Shown here: one piece after another, positions 38,452 to 50,614 of the stretch
Layout of the letters: each line of letters begins with the position of its first letter
Position numbering within the stretch: the first letter of the stretch is position 1
NCBI GenBank assembly: GCA_021613535.1
Contig: CP075493.1
Location: forward strand, 992,001-1,056,000
DNA from: Adineta vaga
Lineage: Eukaryota; Animalia; Rotifera
Length of the DNA stretch: 64,000 nucleotides
Direction of reading: 5' to 3'
The notes under the pieces: model-generated
What the model was told of the DNA's origin: nothing
What the model saw: the letters and a program-made list of their open reading frames with translations, nothing else
Databases searched by the model: none
Position numbers and translations under genes: made by a program

Positions 38452-38728
38452 CAGTGGGAGTGAAAGTATAAGAGTATTCGTGACAAATCCGATAAATCAC
38501 TACTGTTCTCACTCTTCTTATTGTTTTTGAATACAATCTACGATTTGTCAGTAATCATTCATGATAACAGAGACTTGGCAAGAAAACACACCTTATATTA
38601 CACAAAATGAGTGTATGACAGATGCCTACGTTGAAAACAAATGGATTTTAATGAAAATGAAAGAAGATGTTGTCGTTTTATCTTCAACAGGGAATAAAAT
38701 CGTATGACACTTAGAAAATGGTCCACTG
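38452..38728. mobile_element. Possible degenerate Tc1-like MITE
   Basis: TA-CAGTGG...CCACTG-CA termini; similarity beyond 6 bp is weak. Confidence 0.35.
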
Positions 38729-39359
38729 CATATTAAAGAGTGACTATGTTTGGAAGAGTACTTATCATTACACCTATATCCTTAAGATTTACTCTTTCAA
38801 ACTTTTTAATTCTGAATTACTGTAGATGTGTGAAGAACTTAATCCACAACGATAACGGTATACTATTTCAATTTACTTTTTAAATATGTATAACAAACAA
38901 ACATTGAATCAACCGTCTCATATCATTACCTTAATAACACAAATTCTTCAATAATATTTTTGAAATATACTATTTATTTGTTAAATTACTTGTTTCATAA
39001 CCTTGTGGGGTAGGCTTCATGTTGCTATAGCTTTACAACGATTATATATATCAGAAATACGCTACACGTTCATCTTAAGACTTCTTTTTTGAACGTAGAC
39101 ACTTTAAATAACCTCGTTCTTCGATATAATATCTGAAAATTTGGAGGAAGTAAATATGTAATGTATCATTATCTACGAATTTCTTAAATATGTACGTAGT
39201 TTTTGAACGATTCACACATTATGTTTCATCGATAAGTTGAAAAATTAACATTAAAAACAATTATCTGAAATCTGTTGCTGGATGATGTCTATAAATCATG
39301 TGTCTAAGTATCTACCTGATTTCCTTTTTAAAGCCAGATATCAGCGATCAGACATTTAG

Positions 39360-40353
39360 TAGAAATTGGTACCAATTTGAGATTTGTCATGACGTCTCTT
39401 TATTGGATTAATTGGTAATATATCAAATATATTAATATCTTCTCATGAGAAACTTCGTTCAAATGTTTGTTCATGGTATTTTATTAGTTTATCAATCAGT
39501 CAACTTATTTCACTTATATCTAATGGTCTTTATCGTATAATAAGTACTGGTTGGAGTAATGGTTATGATTTCTCTCAACAATCAGCAGATCTTTGTAAAT
39601 TTCGAGTTTATAGTTATGTATTTAGCATTGCTTTATCTCGTCATTTTTTATGTTTAATTTCATTAGATCGTTGGATGAAAACATCACGTTCAGTTTCATT
39701 ACGAGAAAAAAGTTCTCGAAAATATGCTCGATGGTTAATTCCTTTAAGTTTTCTATTTTGGATATTAATTGAATATCCACAAATATTAACAAGTGGTTGT
39801 TTGTCAATAGCAGGTAGTACTTATTAATTATTTAATTTAATTTATACAATTATTATTGGAATTGCTCCTTTATTTATTATGATTTTGTTTATTTTTTTAA
39901 TACAAAATAATTTACGAAAAATAGGTCAAAGAATTCATCCAATATTAACTTCAGCACAACAAAATTCAAGTAATATTCCAAGTCGACAATCTAAAACTGA
40001 TTTTCAATTAATTCGTCTGAGTATAATTCAAATAATTTGTTTTATTATATTGAATATAATCGCATCGATTTTTTCTCTTTATATATATTTTACAAGTTCA
40101 CAAATTAAAAGTACTGACCGACGAACTATTGAAACATTAATTAGTTATTTAGGTCAATATCTTTTAATCACTTATACAGCAGTAAGTTTATTATTTAAAT
40201 ATTTTTGAATGTAAAAATTTTCAAAATTTTTAGTTAACATTTGGTTTATATATATTGGCTTCGAGCGTCTTTCGACAAGAATTTAAAGAATATTTGAAAA
40301 TAACGAAGCAACGTTTTATGCGTATTATTCATGATTTTTTATTGCATTTGTAA
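39360..40353 (+). pseudogene. 7TM GPCR pseudogene
   Basis: IGLIGNISNIL..LRSNVCSWYF..LCKFR..ISLDRW..GSTY*LFNL (TAA 39825-39827, in frame with ORF 39879); intron 40182..40233; last exon LTFGLYILASSVFRQEF; 5' end degraded. Confidence 0.8.
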
Positions 40354-40572
40354 ATTTTCTTATTTTGATTAATCAAATAAATTCATATTCAAATATTTTC
40401 AATGACAATATAGCATAGTCAATTCATTGAGGGTTTGAATGTTCTGTTATTATTCACACTCATCAAGATTCATTAATTTTGTCTCGAATAAAAAAACTAA
40501 TTATTTTATTACATTATTTTAGACGATAAAAAAGTTAGTAAAATAGTCAATTATAATGAAAAGAATATATTA

Positions 40573-42680
40573 TCACTGTTGATTATCAGCAATTATTTCT
40601 TCCGATGCAAATGTTTGTACATATGATGCTTTTTCATCTTCTTTGTCATTTAACAGTCGTGTATCGATATTATCACCAATATCTATAGATAATAACACAT
40701 AGAGATAAAACAATTTTATTTCATCATATATATTAACATACCCCATGAAAGTAAATTATCACTAATAATTTTCTGATGTGATGATGAAGAAATCATTTCA
40801 TAATTTGATGATAATTGTGCAGCATCATTACCTAATTTCGAATAGATCCTCAATGTACCTCCTGCAGGAAGATGAATTCCATCGGGTAATATATATTCAA
40901 ATTCCTTTTTAGCATCAACACGTCGTTTTAATTTCCATCCAGAAATATTCATACTTATATTCGTTGAATGATTCGTTAAACATATATATGTATTATCCAA
41001 AGGACATTCTTTTATAACAAAAACAAAACGAAGAAATTCGATTCTTTTTTTCTTCTTAATTCACCATACTTACCAAGACTAATCCATTCTTTTTTATAAT
41101 TTTTAATCGTGAATGTTTTTACTGTTGTTGTTGTTTGACTTACTGGAGGAGAATCAATGATTACTGGCTTTGATATTGTATCATATTCTAATAGATTAAG
41201 ATAGATAATAAGTTCACTTTCTAAATTAATTTTTCTAGAAAGATTTATTTATTTTTATTTATTTAGAATTCATTTTTCTAACCTTTCTCGCATTTCTTCA
41301 ATATTATTCATCATATTTAGGACATTTTGCTGTAAACAATGTAAATCTTTTGATTGTTCTTCAAATTTTTCTCCATTTTGAATTTTAATTGATTCATATT
41401 CAGTTTCTAAATTGGCTGAAAAAGAAAATATTTTTCTATTTTTCGGGAGAATTAAATGAAAATGAATACAAGTTCTAAGTCTACGAACTTTTTGGACTCC
41501 CTCTCTATAACGGACAGGTTATTTCTCAAAAATGAGTTTAAGCTAAGCTTAGTAAATCCCCCCACACCCTCAAGTTTCACTTACAAGCGTTGGCTTCTAA
41601 TTTTATTTGAAGATTTTTTTCATAGATATATGCTTGTTGTAATTCTTCATATTCTAATTGAAATCTTCGTTGCATAGATGCTATGAATGCTCTTTCAATT
41701 TCTTGATAATATGTTTTTTGTTCTAATTCTATTTTTTCAAATGCAATTTGTACTTCTTCCATTTTCTTTTCATAATAATAATTTGTTTCACGATAGATAT
41801 TTGCATATAATAATTCATAATCATGACGTATATTTGCAATCATTTTTTCCCAATTAAAATTCCAAAATTGTTTTACATCAAATACTTCGTTTACAAATAA
41901 ATTACTTAAACAATAAAGAAAAGAATTGTTTTTTCTTTTAATAAAAGAATATTTCAATACTCACGTTGATATATACGAATGTATATTCTTATAAAATACA
42001 TGTTGATTTTTCAATATTTGAATATTAATCTTTAATTCATTGATTTGTTTCTTTGAATGACTCCAATCATATGTTGTTTTAAGATATTCTTGTAATGTAT
42101 TATTACGTTCAGAATGATAAGTTTCAATTGTATTTTGTAATTCAGAATACGATGTACGTAGAACATTCAATGTAGATGATGATTGATTTAATTCTTCTTG
42201 TAATTTGATTTGTTGTTTATTATTAGATTCATTGATAACTTGAGTCAATTGTTGATATGTATTACTATGCATTTGAAAGAGTTCAGATTCAAATTGATAA
42301 TTAAGTTTTTTCTCATTAATTGTCAGAAGATTAGCTTCTAATTGATTATAATGTTCATTAAATTCTGTACTGAAAGAATACATATTGATTGATTCTTGTT
42401 GAAAAGCGGCCAATTTTGTTGTATATTCTTCATTTTGTAATTCCAATTGTTTAACATGATCAACAACGTAATTTAAACGTTCATTTAATTGAATTAATTT
42501 CTCTTTTTCATCGTGATGTTGTGTATTAAAATTTGTTTTTATCTCTTGAATATTAATAACCATTTGTGCAACATAATAAAGAGCATAATTAACATATTCA
42601 CCAAATGGAAGATATGTAGACATTGAATTATCAGTTTTTTGAATATTTTCCCCACGTATACAAAGTGTTGTAACAGACAT
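40573..42680 (-). CDS. Intermediate filament protein with lamin-tail (LTD) domain, no CaaX (cytoplasmic protostome-type), multi-exon
   Basis: Coil 1A EKEKLIQLNERLNYVVDHVKQLELQN; IRHDYE; coil 2 end KINLESELIIYLNLLEY; LTD YICLTNHS..NISGWKLKRRVD..LPAGGTLRIYS; last exon ends ADNQQ*. Confidence 0.85.
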
Positions 42681-43625
42681 TTTGATTCGAAAAACAAAAT
42701 CTATTAATAGAAAAAGAGAGATTTTGCAATAATTAACTCGTTTTTTGATTAGAATGAGAATAGAAAATTTCCGGCATGGAAACGAATGTAGAAAACCATT
42801 GTATTTTGTATCATCATACTTTACCTTGAGGAGCAACAAGAAAATTATAAATGAAAATGATTTTGTTTATGCCATGAGCTTGTATTTATATGCTTTGTTT
42901 TGAGCTCTTCAACAAAACTCTTCTAGCCATGGAAGGAAAAGGAGATGAGTGGGGAAAACCTTGAAATTGAAGAGAATGTAAAAACAAAAGAAAAATAATT
43001 TTCTATTACGATTATGTCATGGAATTTAAACTTGAAAAAAAATCTCAGACTAATCAAATTCTTGTTCTCAGATTTCTCCTGTATTTTGCCAGAGAACATC
43101 TTTCACGAATTATATACGAACGAAAGTTGTTTTGTATTTCATTATTCTATTTTTCTGTTATTTTAAACGGATAGTTTATAAATGTTCAAGGTCGAGATTG
43201 TAGGAGAAAAATTACATAAAACAGAATGAATTAATGAAAAGAATGTAAACGAGTGTCCGATTAACGTTTACATTCAAAGAAACTAACAAAATTGAAAATT
43301 AAATTTTCTTTTTTCCTATGCTTCTTCTGTTGATGTGATTGTTTTTCTTTGCGCTGTCAATAGAATGTTTTAGTTAGTAAAAAGTACAATTAATGTATTG
43401 CAACGAAGAGCTGTTTTCTTCTATTAGAGTTTGTCCTTCAAGCTATTGTTTTTTACACCTTCATCAGATTTATTATGCTAAATACAAATGCTATTCGAAA
43501 AGAAGCCGACGATATTATAGACATCGAGAAATATTCAAACTTGTTTAGAAACCTTATAAGATCAAAGAAATTCGCTGAATGTGACGATAAATGAATGGTA
43601 TGATTTCTAATTAATTCTTGTTTTT

Positions 43626-43714
43626 TTAGGGTGTGGATGGCTGTGGGTGAGAGATAGATTATATACTCACACCGATATCTACACCCACACCCACACCCAC
43701 TCACACCCCTCAAG
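43626..43714. repeat. Telomere-type fold-back element copy
   Basis: TAGGGTGTGGATGGCTGTGGGTGAG...ACACCCACACCCACACCCACTCACACCCCTCAAG. Confidence 0.8.
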
Positions 43715-44163
43715 AATTCAGAGAAAGTTTTGCTAGAAGTTTTATATCTGCCATCACAACACATTCCGTTATGCATATTTGAGATAGAACAGTTTATATT
43801 ATGGATCATTTCAAATCCACCTATTTTCTTATAGTTCCCGTTGCAAAATGTATCCTTCTTGTTATAGACCCTACTCCAGCTCTGTCTCCATTTCAGTTAA
43901 GATCTAAAAGGCCTTAGACTTCGAATTAACGTTTCATTTATCACAACTACACCCACACATACCCACCTACAGTCGGATTCCTATTTGATTCATGTACCTA
44001 ATTACATGATGATGAAGCATTTCTTGCCGTATATGTATACATCATCTGATGACTAAGCACATATGTATAGAAAGAAAGAAAAAAGTCAAATAACGTAGTG
44101 TAACCAACCGTATAAATATTGTTACTCTTTCATACACGACACAGTTTATTATACGAATAAAAC

Positions 44164-44640
44164 ATGCCATTACATCGAATTTTCCATCCACCATCTGCTT
44201 TCTCCTCATCGGATAAGGCAACAATTTCGGAACGTATAACTACTTTATATACAGATCATGGTTTACCAGCATTTTATGTTGTTATTCTTTTTACACCTGT
44301 TGAAAGTGATTCATTTTTTGTTGGTGGTAAATCAACAGACAAATTTATCCGAATAGTTGTTCAACACCTTGCTCGACAAATTCCAAACGACGAAGAAAAA
44401 CAAAAATTTTCAGAAAAATATGAAAATGCTATAGCACCATTTATTAAAGATAAAGGTTACGATTGGGAAGTAAGAAATGTAGAATTTATCGGTTATTTTC
44501 ACTTATTCTTGTTTATTTTTAAGGTACATGTTGAAGAAGTACCACCAGAAATGTGGCGAGAAAATGGACTTATTCCACCGATAAAATATCCTGAAATAGA
44601 AAAGGAATGGGTGCGACTTAATAAACCAATACCATATTGA
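44164..44640 (+). CDS. Putative oxalocrotonate tautomerase (Tautomerase_3-like, fungal/bacterial type), one 54-nt intron
   Basis: N-terminal M-Pro1 (MPLHRIFHP), GLPAFYVVILF, FFVGG, FIRIVVQHLARQ, GYDWE|VHVEE..WRENGLIPP..EKEWVRLNKPIPY; in-frame intron 44470..44523. Confidence 0.88.
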   Translation: MPLHRIFHPPSAFSSSDKATISERITTLYTDHGLPAFYVVILFTPVESDSFFVGGKSTDKFIRIVVQHLARQIPNDEEKQKFSEKYENAIAPFIKDKGYDWEVRNVEFIGYFHLFLFIFKVHVEEVPPEMWRENGLIPPIKYPEIEKEWVRLNKPIPY

Positions 44641-45114
44641 AATTTGCTTTGATATAAACAGCCTTTTTTTCTTTGTGAAGTTCTCATTTTTATTGAAATA
44701 AATATTTAAAATATAACCCTAACACGCCCACCTCAAAGACTATCATTTGTTGCTCAGTTGGAGCTATGTATAACCCAGGCTGATAAAACATGAATAATAT
44801 ATGAAGCAGCCATTGTTATAGCACGCTGTAGTGATTCGAGAGCAAATAGCTGCAAGAAGAACAATTAGAAATCGAATTGATTTGAATGATATATGCTCGA
44901 TCTTTTTTATCTTATTTTCGTATTCTATTTTTCGAACGTATAATATCGTCTGCTGTATAGTCATCAAACGTGTGCACTTTAAACCGGTTTCTTATACGAG
45001 TTATGTATGAATCTGATCAGTTGATGTTGCCAACTTAGTCTACTAAGTATCTGTAGCAGATATCTCATGAGACAAGATTTGGTCTAAGGTTATGCGTGAA
45101 ACCGATTGCAGTAA

Positions 45115-45350
45115 ATCTTACTGAGGTCCATCTAGACCCCAGGTGAGCAACAAGCGTTCATATGTACTTCGAGATAGTTCATCGAATAAACCAACAATGA
45201 CGAAGAGTCGTTAACGTCAGCAGTATATACTACTGTTGTGCACCGGAACACATCCGAAGAGACATTATTCGATCTAATCTTATCTACATGTACTATCAAC
45301 ATGAACTTCGTTGGGGTCCACAGTGTGGACCTCAGATGGGCGTGTAAGAG
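45115..45350. mobile_element. piggyBac-type MITE (TTAA target)
   Basis: Inverted ends TCTTAC..TGAGGTCCA..GACCCCA and TGGGGTCC..TGGACCTCAG..GTAAGAG; TTAA at 45351-45354 and degenerate GTAA at 45111-45114. Confidence 0.55.
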
Positions 45351-45754
45351 TTAATTATATGTCTATCGGATCAATTTAAAACTCATTGATGGTTATTCAA
45401 TTAGCTAACATACTGATTAATATTGTTGAACAATTGCTAAGAAAAACTGTGTGTTCTTATGTTTTTTGCTTCTTTAACATCTAATCAAAACAATTCATAC
45501 AGTAGAATAGGTACAAATAAATTTGCTTCGTCATCGCAAAGAACATCTATGTTTGTAAACATGAGTCAATCTTTTTTCATTCATATCACAGTGTTGTCGG
45601 TTGATGAAAAATGTATGTACCTGTAAATATTCTTCGTTCTTTCCTATCACGACTCGATAGAAAGGTTAAAGTCATCATGATGAAGCAAAAATGATGTGCA
45701 TGATTATAAATAGGCTTGAATTCATTGATATATACATATACATACCAACTCAAT

Positions 45755-46493
45755 ATGGGTAAACTCGATGGAAAAGTTGCTTTAATTACTGGTGGATCAG
45801 AAGGTATTGGTTTAGCAACTGCTCAAGAGTTTGTTGCGGAAGGTGCTTATGTATTTATTACTGGTCGTCGGAAAGAAACACTTGATTCGGCAGTAAAACA
45901 AATTGGTCAAAATGTATCAGCAATTCAAGCTGATTCATCGAAATTAGATGATCTTGATCATGTTTTTAAAGTAATTAAAGAAGAAAAAGGTCAATTAGAT
46001 ATACTCTTTGCCAATGCCGGTATTGGTGGATCAAAGAGTCTCGATTCCATAATTTTACGACGATTTATTTGATATTAACGTTAAAGGTGTTCTTTTCACT
46101 GTTCAGAAAGCTTTACCAATTCTCAAGGATGGAGCATCGATTATACTTAATGCATCATTTGTCTCAGTTAAAGGTGCACCAGCAGCAAGTGTCTATTTTG
46201 CAAGTAAAGCAGCAGTTCGTTCTTTTGCACGTTGTTGGTGTGTCGATTTGAAAGATCGTAAAATTCGTGTTAATGCTGTTAGTCCAGGTGCTATCGATAC
46301 ACCCTTTTTTGATAAGATGGGTAGTAAAGAAGTTGCACAAAGCGTCATTGACAGATTGACAGCAATGACTGTTATGGGTCGACTTGGTCAAGCAACTGAA
46401 ATTGCAAAAGCAGTTTTGTTTTTAGCTTCAGATGATAGTTCATACATTACTGGTATTGAACTTTTTGTTGATGGTGGTGCTGCGCAAATTTGA
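45755..46493 (+). pseudogene. Classical short-chain dehydrogenase/reductase (bacterial type, intronless) with a small frameshifting deletion near 46053
   Basis: [26 protein letters not shown] then a frame change to [21 protein letters not shown] (YxxxK)..RVNAVSPG..YITGIELFVDGG; the usual (T)EE residues after LDSI are missing. Confidence 0.88.
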
Positions 46494-46646
46494 AAAAAAA
46501 TTTTCTTTTCATTTTATCAATAAACTATATATTGTCATTCTGATACGTAGTGAGGGTGTGAATTTGGATAAAGAACATAACAATATCAAAACCTACACGT
46601 TTATCGATGTTTTTACTCTGTTCAGAATGAAATTCGTTCGTCATCC

Positions 46647-46790
46647 CACGGAAAACTTTTTCAACAAATACCGCGGTAATTAACGGTGATTTTGCACCGA
46701 AAAAGTCAGACCTTTTATTAGGTTTTTCTACACCGCCCGAAACCGCCGTATGTTCAAATCACGATTATTAACGGTTTTTGAAAAAAATAA
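46647..46790. mobile_element. Degenerate MITE-like inverted repeat (CACGG end, EnSpm-like)
   Basis: CACGGAAAA start; TTTTCAA..ACCG..TAAT..GTGATTT is mirrored imperfectly at 46755-46788. Confidence 0.4.
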
Positions 46791-47383
46791 ATTCATCATA
46801 TTGATGGTATATTATTTCTGACATCTATTTGGTAATCTTTAACTTTTCTATGTTTGCAACTTATTCATTATCTTCAGACGGTACTTTAACACCTCGGTCA
46901 ATTCATTAAATACCACTATCTATTTTTTATTTATTTTCTTCTGATTAGATTCGAACTTCTTATCGAGTGATTGCAATCCACTAATTCCATTTAACCGTCC
47001 GGTGATGTTCATGTTAATATCAGATATGATAGTCTAATCTAATCAGTGATAAAAAAAGCTTCTCATTTAGATTGATATGCTTCATTTATTAGTGGATTTA
47101 TAAGAATTTTATAATTCCTAATAATTTATGTCATTTATAATTTTATTAAATTTTCTGAGATATTCATGTTGATGATGTGCTATACGGGATATATAAAATC
47201 TTATTTGTCACTCATAGTCATGATAATTAAACTATAAACACAATCTATTCGAATAAAATCATTTCTGGAGACAAATATACATTAATGAGGATCTTTAGTT
47301 GATGAACTGTGGTATCATGTGTTACGACAAAGTCTAACTATTTGAAATAATATTACAGTTCTGTCTATATGTAGGTTTGTACG

Positions 47384-47440
47384 TAGACATGCACCAAACC
47401 CAAACTGTTTGGGTTTGAGTTTAGGTTTGGTGCATATCTA
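47384..47440. mobile_element. 57-bp hAT-type micro-MITE with 8-bp TSD
   Basis: TAGACATGCACCAAACCCAAACT...AGTTTAGGTTTGGTGCATATCTA hairpin flanked by the direct repeat TTTGTACG (47376-47383 and 47441-47448). Confidence 0.8.
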
Positions 47441-47594
47441 TTTGTACGTCAGAACGCATGGGAATACTACTCGGTAGACTTATCTTGATTCCATCAGTCA
47501 AAAAAACAGATTTGTGTCTATTTTTATCTCTGAACTTTTACTATCTCATGAACCTATTGTCACAAATGATCATCTGAACGAAATTTGACTAATA

Positions 47595-47838
47595 CCCAGA
47601 TAGACAAAATCGATAAAAAACGATGTTCTTATATTGGTTTTTTCCAACAAAACGTATATTTACCGTGTTAAAAAATACACTTTTGTACCTATCCGTATAA
47701 ACAATATTTTTTCTTCCCGACAGAAAATAGCCAATAGCGACGTTTGCACGTGCACAAAAGTGTGTTTGTTAACACGGTAAATATACGTTTTCTTGGAAAA
47801 AACCAACATAAGAACATCGTTTTTTATCGGTTTTGTCT
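47595..47838. mobile_element. MITE with about 87-bp terminal inverted repeats (CCCAG end; right end truncated)
   Basis: 47602..47688 is the reverse complement of about 47752..47838 with few mismatches. Confidence 0.85.
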
Positions 47839-47889
47839 TGAGGGTGTGGTTGTAGTTGGTAGTAACTATATCCTAACCCATACTCTAAG
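47839..47889. repeat. Telomere-type fold-back element copy abutting a truncated MITE end
   Basis: TGAGGGTGTGGTTGTAG..GTAGTAACT..CCTAACCCATACTCTAAG. Confidence 0.6.
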
Positions 47890-47996
47890 CAATTTGAGTA
47901 AAAGACAATGTTTAATCAAAACAATTTTAGATTTATTTGAAAACAAAAGAAATGAAACATCTGAGAATAGTTTTTCAGACCATAATTTTGATCGTT

Positions 47997-48233
47997 TTAA
48001 CATCCCAATGGATGACCCTCTGGAAAAACACTTGCACATCCCATTCGTATTGCTCCTTTGAAAGCTGATTCATCAAGACAACAAATACTCTTATCCGATG
48101 AACAACATTTGACTTCCTTACAATTAATTACACCGTCACCATTTGGACATATAACAGACATTGTTCCACCTGGTAAAGAATTGCCAAGAAAGACATGTGT
48201 TAGAATAATTAAAAAGAAAAGGAAGACTTTCAT
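47997..48233 (-). CDS. Small secreted Cys-rich peptide (C-C-CC-CC-C-C)
   Basis: MKVFLFFLIILTHVFLGNS signal; mature part has 8 Cys: ICPNGDGVINCKEVKCCSSDKSICCLD...GC...GC*. Confidence 0.65.
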   Translation of the reverse strand: MKVFLFFLIILTHVFLGNSLPGGTMSVICPNGDGVINCKEVKCCSSDKSICCLDESAFKGAIRMGCASVFPEGHPLGC

Positions 48234-48549
48234 GATTTTCAAATCGCTGATCTAAAATAATATAACATGTAGTTCAATCGTAGAGAATATCCTTTTTAAT
48301 AAAAATATTTCACTTACTCTTATTGACTTAAATGTTATCTGCTAGCTAACACAGTCAGTTCACTTTCTTATATACTTAGAAATATTCGCTGAAATTGTTA
48401 ATACCTTCGTGGCCTGAATACAATGAATGACCGATATATAATATATGCATAGTGTTCATTGGACATGGAAACGATAAAGAATGACAATAGACGGAATCGG
48501 TCAGAGAATTGATGTGAAGTGAATTTTATATGAAAGAGTTCGTTTCAAT

Positions 48550-48659
48550 TTTGGGGGTATGGTTGGGTGTTGCATAAATGTAGTACTCATCTACCCACCC
48601 TCACCCTCACCCACATCCACACGCACACGCACACTCATACACACAGACACATCCTTAAG
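48550..48659 (+). repeat. Telomere-type fold-back element copy with conserved GTAGTACT core
   Basis: GGGTGTTGCATAAATGTAGTACTCATCTACCCACCCTCACCCTCACCCACA..; the core matches 57179..57243 (reverse) and 54977..55027. Confidence 0.8.
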
Positions 48660-49372
48660 TTAATCTGTTTCATATTGGTTCACGTTGATTGACATTAAAA
48701 ACGAAGGGTTGCTTGCGATATAATATTAATTTATCAAGTATGAAATGAAAATCATCAAAATTCACCAAATCAAACTGTCGAATAGTCAAGTGACGAAAAA
48801 TACGCCATTTTCACGCAAAAAAAGCACACTTCTACGAATGAACAAATTTTTTTTTTGAAGAACAACGATTTTCACTTTACTTGCTGTTAACAACTGGATC
48901 GTTTTTGCGAAGAAAAAAAACTTTTTTATGCATAATAATGTGAGGTTCTCGTTATGGGGAATAGAAACGTAGGCTCCAACCTCCAATATGATCGTAGGCT
49001 GGAAGGTATCTCGAGAATATGGATAGACCAGTATCGAGAAATCTCACTAATATAAATCAAGCCTACCGTATCCTAGTAAATAATGGAAATAGATAAATGA
49101 AGATGAACGTGTTTATTTCGGGGTGAAAAGACAAGGACAAGATCAGATGAAGATGAGACGAGAGACACTGACTCAAAAATTCAAAAACATCACTATATGT
49201 ATAACAAAGACATAGAGAGATACAATAACAAAGTGGAAATAATAACACGATATAACAGAGAGAAATATGAGAAAAGATACAATAGAAGAAGATCGTCGTG
49301 CGGGCACTGATCATGAGAAAATACACATTTCACAGGAAAGAAAGAAGGAAAGAAAGAAAACACACGTATCTA

Positions 49373-50614
49373 TTAGGTTGTTAACAAAGTGTTTGCGTTT
49401 TTTTTCAAAATTTTATTCTTCTTTTTTAACTTCAACAGTACAACTAGCTTTCAGTTATATATGCACCACTACTATCTATGACTTGTCACCAACGCTCTAG
49501 TAGAGACAGGATCCCGCGTTCATAGAAGTCCTTGGACTTTCGACCAAAGAAGTTGCTAATGTCCATTTTCATGTCGTTATCGTCGTCGAACTTTTTCTCA
49601 CGCAGATGATGAGAAAGAGAACGAAACAAATGGTAGTCCGTTGGTGCTAAGTCAGGAGAATAAGGTGGATGAGGAACGTTAATCCATCCAAGCTTCAATA
49701 ATTTTTCGCAGGTCAACTTTGCAACATGTGGTCGGGCGTTGTCATGTAAATAGTAAACTCGATCCTGCTTTCCGTTGAGTTTTTGGGCAACTCGATCCAA
49801 TTGTTGACAGTAGAGATCAGCAGTGATGGTGCAACCATTTGGAAGAAATTCCCAATGAATAATCCCATTGACGCCCCACCAGACACTTAACATCACCTTC
49901 TTGGGGTGGAGATCAGGCTTAGGTGTTGCTACGCCTGTCTGACCAGGGCTAAGCCACTGGCGTCTGTGCGTGTAGTTAACATATAACACCCACTTCTCAT
50001 CACCAGTAATAAGATTGCGAAGCCATTCGTAGTTGCGATGAGACGTCATTAAATCCATACAAGCATCAACCCGATGTTGTAGCTGATGTGATGATAACTC
50101 GTGAGGTATCCAAACTCCATATTTCCATGTCTTGCCTAATTCTTTCAAATGTTTTTCCACTGCAACATAAGAGCACCCAAGGTGCTCTGCCAAGCACCGT
50201 AAAGTCAATCGAGGATCTTGTTCAATAAGCTGCTGTAAGAGATCCACATCCACTTCCAGTGGTCTACCGGACCGAAGTAAATCATTGAGTTCTAAGTTAC
50301 CGTTCTTAAAGCGATTGAACCAATGTTGTGCCGTACGAGTAGAGAGCACATCCTCCCCCATCGTGCTGCATATGTTGTTAGCTGCTTCTGTTGCTTTGTG
50401 GCCAAGACGGAATTCATGAAGTAAAAGTACCAGAATCTCTCTACGAGAAAGATTCATATTCAGCTCATGATCAGCGTCCATATCGATAGCTTTATTATCA
50501 TTCGAAAGATATTCACTTTCCCTTTATATACCCTTAGTATGGAAACTTCTAGAACTTTCTCGAATGTTTTAGAAAATTTTGAAAAAAAACGCAAAAACTT
50601 TGTTAACAACCTAA
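49373..50614 (-). mobile_element. Full-length mariner (DD34D) transposon, about 42-bp TIRs, TA TSD
   Basis: TA|TTAGGTTGTTAACAAAGTGTTTGCGTTTTTTTTCAAAATTTT ... AAAATTTTGAAAAAAAACGCAAAAACTTTGTTAACAACCTAA|TA. Confidence 0.97.
49486..50481 (-). CDS. Mariner transposase with a premature TGA 14 codons before the native end
   Basis: WIPHEL, TGDEKW, HDNARPH, YSPDLAPTDYHLF; continues ERW*QVIDSSGAYITES* to about 49444. Confidence 0.95.
   Translation of the reverse strand: MDADHELNMNLSRREILVLLLHEFRLGHKATEAANNICSTMGEDVLSTRTAQHWFNRFKNGNLELNDLLRSGRPLEVDVDLLQQLIEQDPRLTLRCLAEHLGCSYVAVEKHLKELGKTWKYGVWIPHELSSHQLQHRVDACMDLMTSHRNYEWLRNLITGDEKWVLYVNYTHRRQWLSPGQTGVATPKPDLHPKKVMLSVWWGVNGIIHWEFLPNGCTITADLYCQQLDRVAQKLNGKQDRVYYLHDNARPHVAKLTCEKLLKLGWINVPHPPYSPDLAPTDYHLFRSLSHHLREKKFDDDNDMKMDISNFFGRKSKDFYERGILSLLERW

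Noticed and set aside
40573-42680. Nuclear lamin
   Set aside because: No C-terminal CaaX motif; it fits an LTD-containing cytoplasmic intermediate filament.
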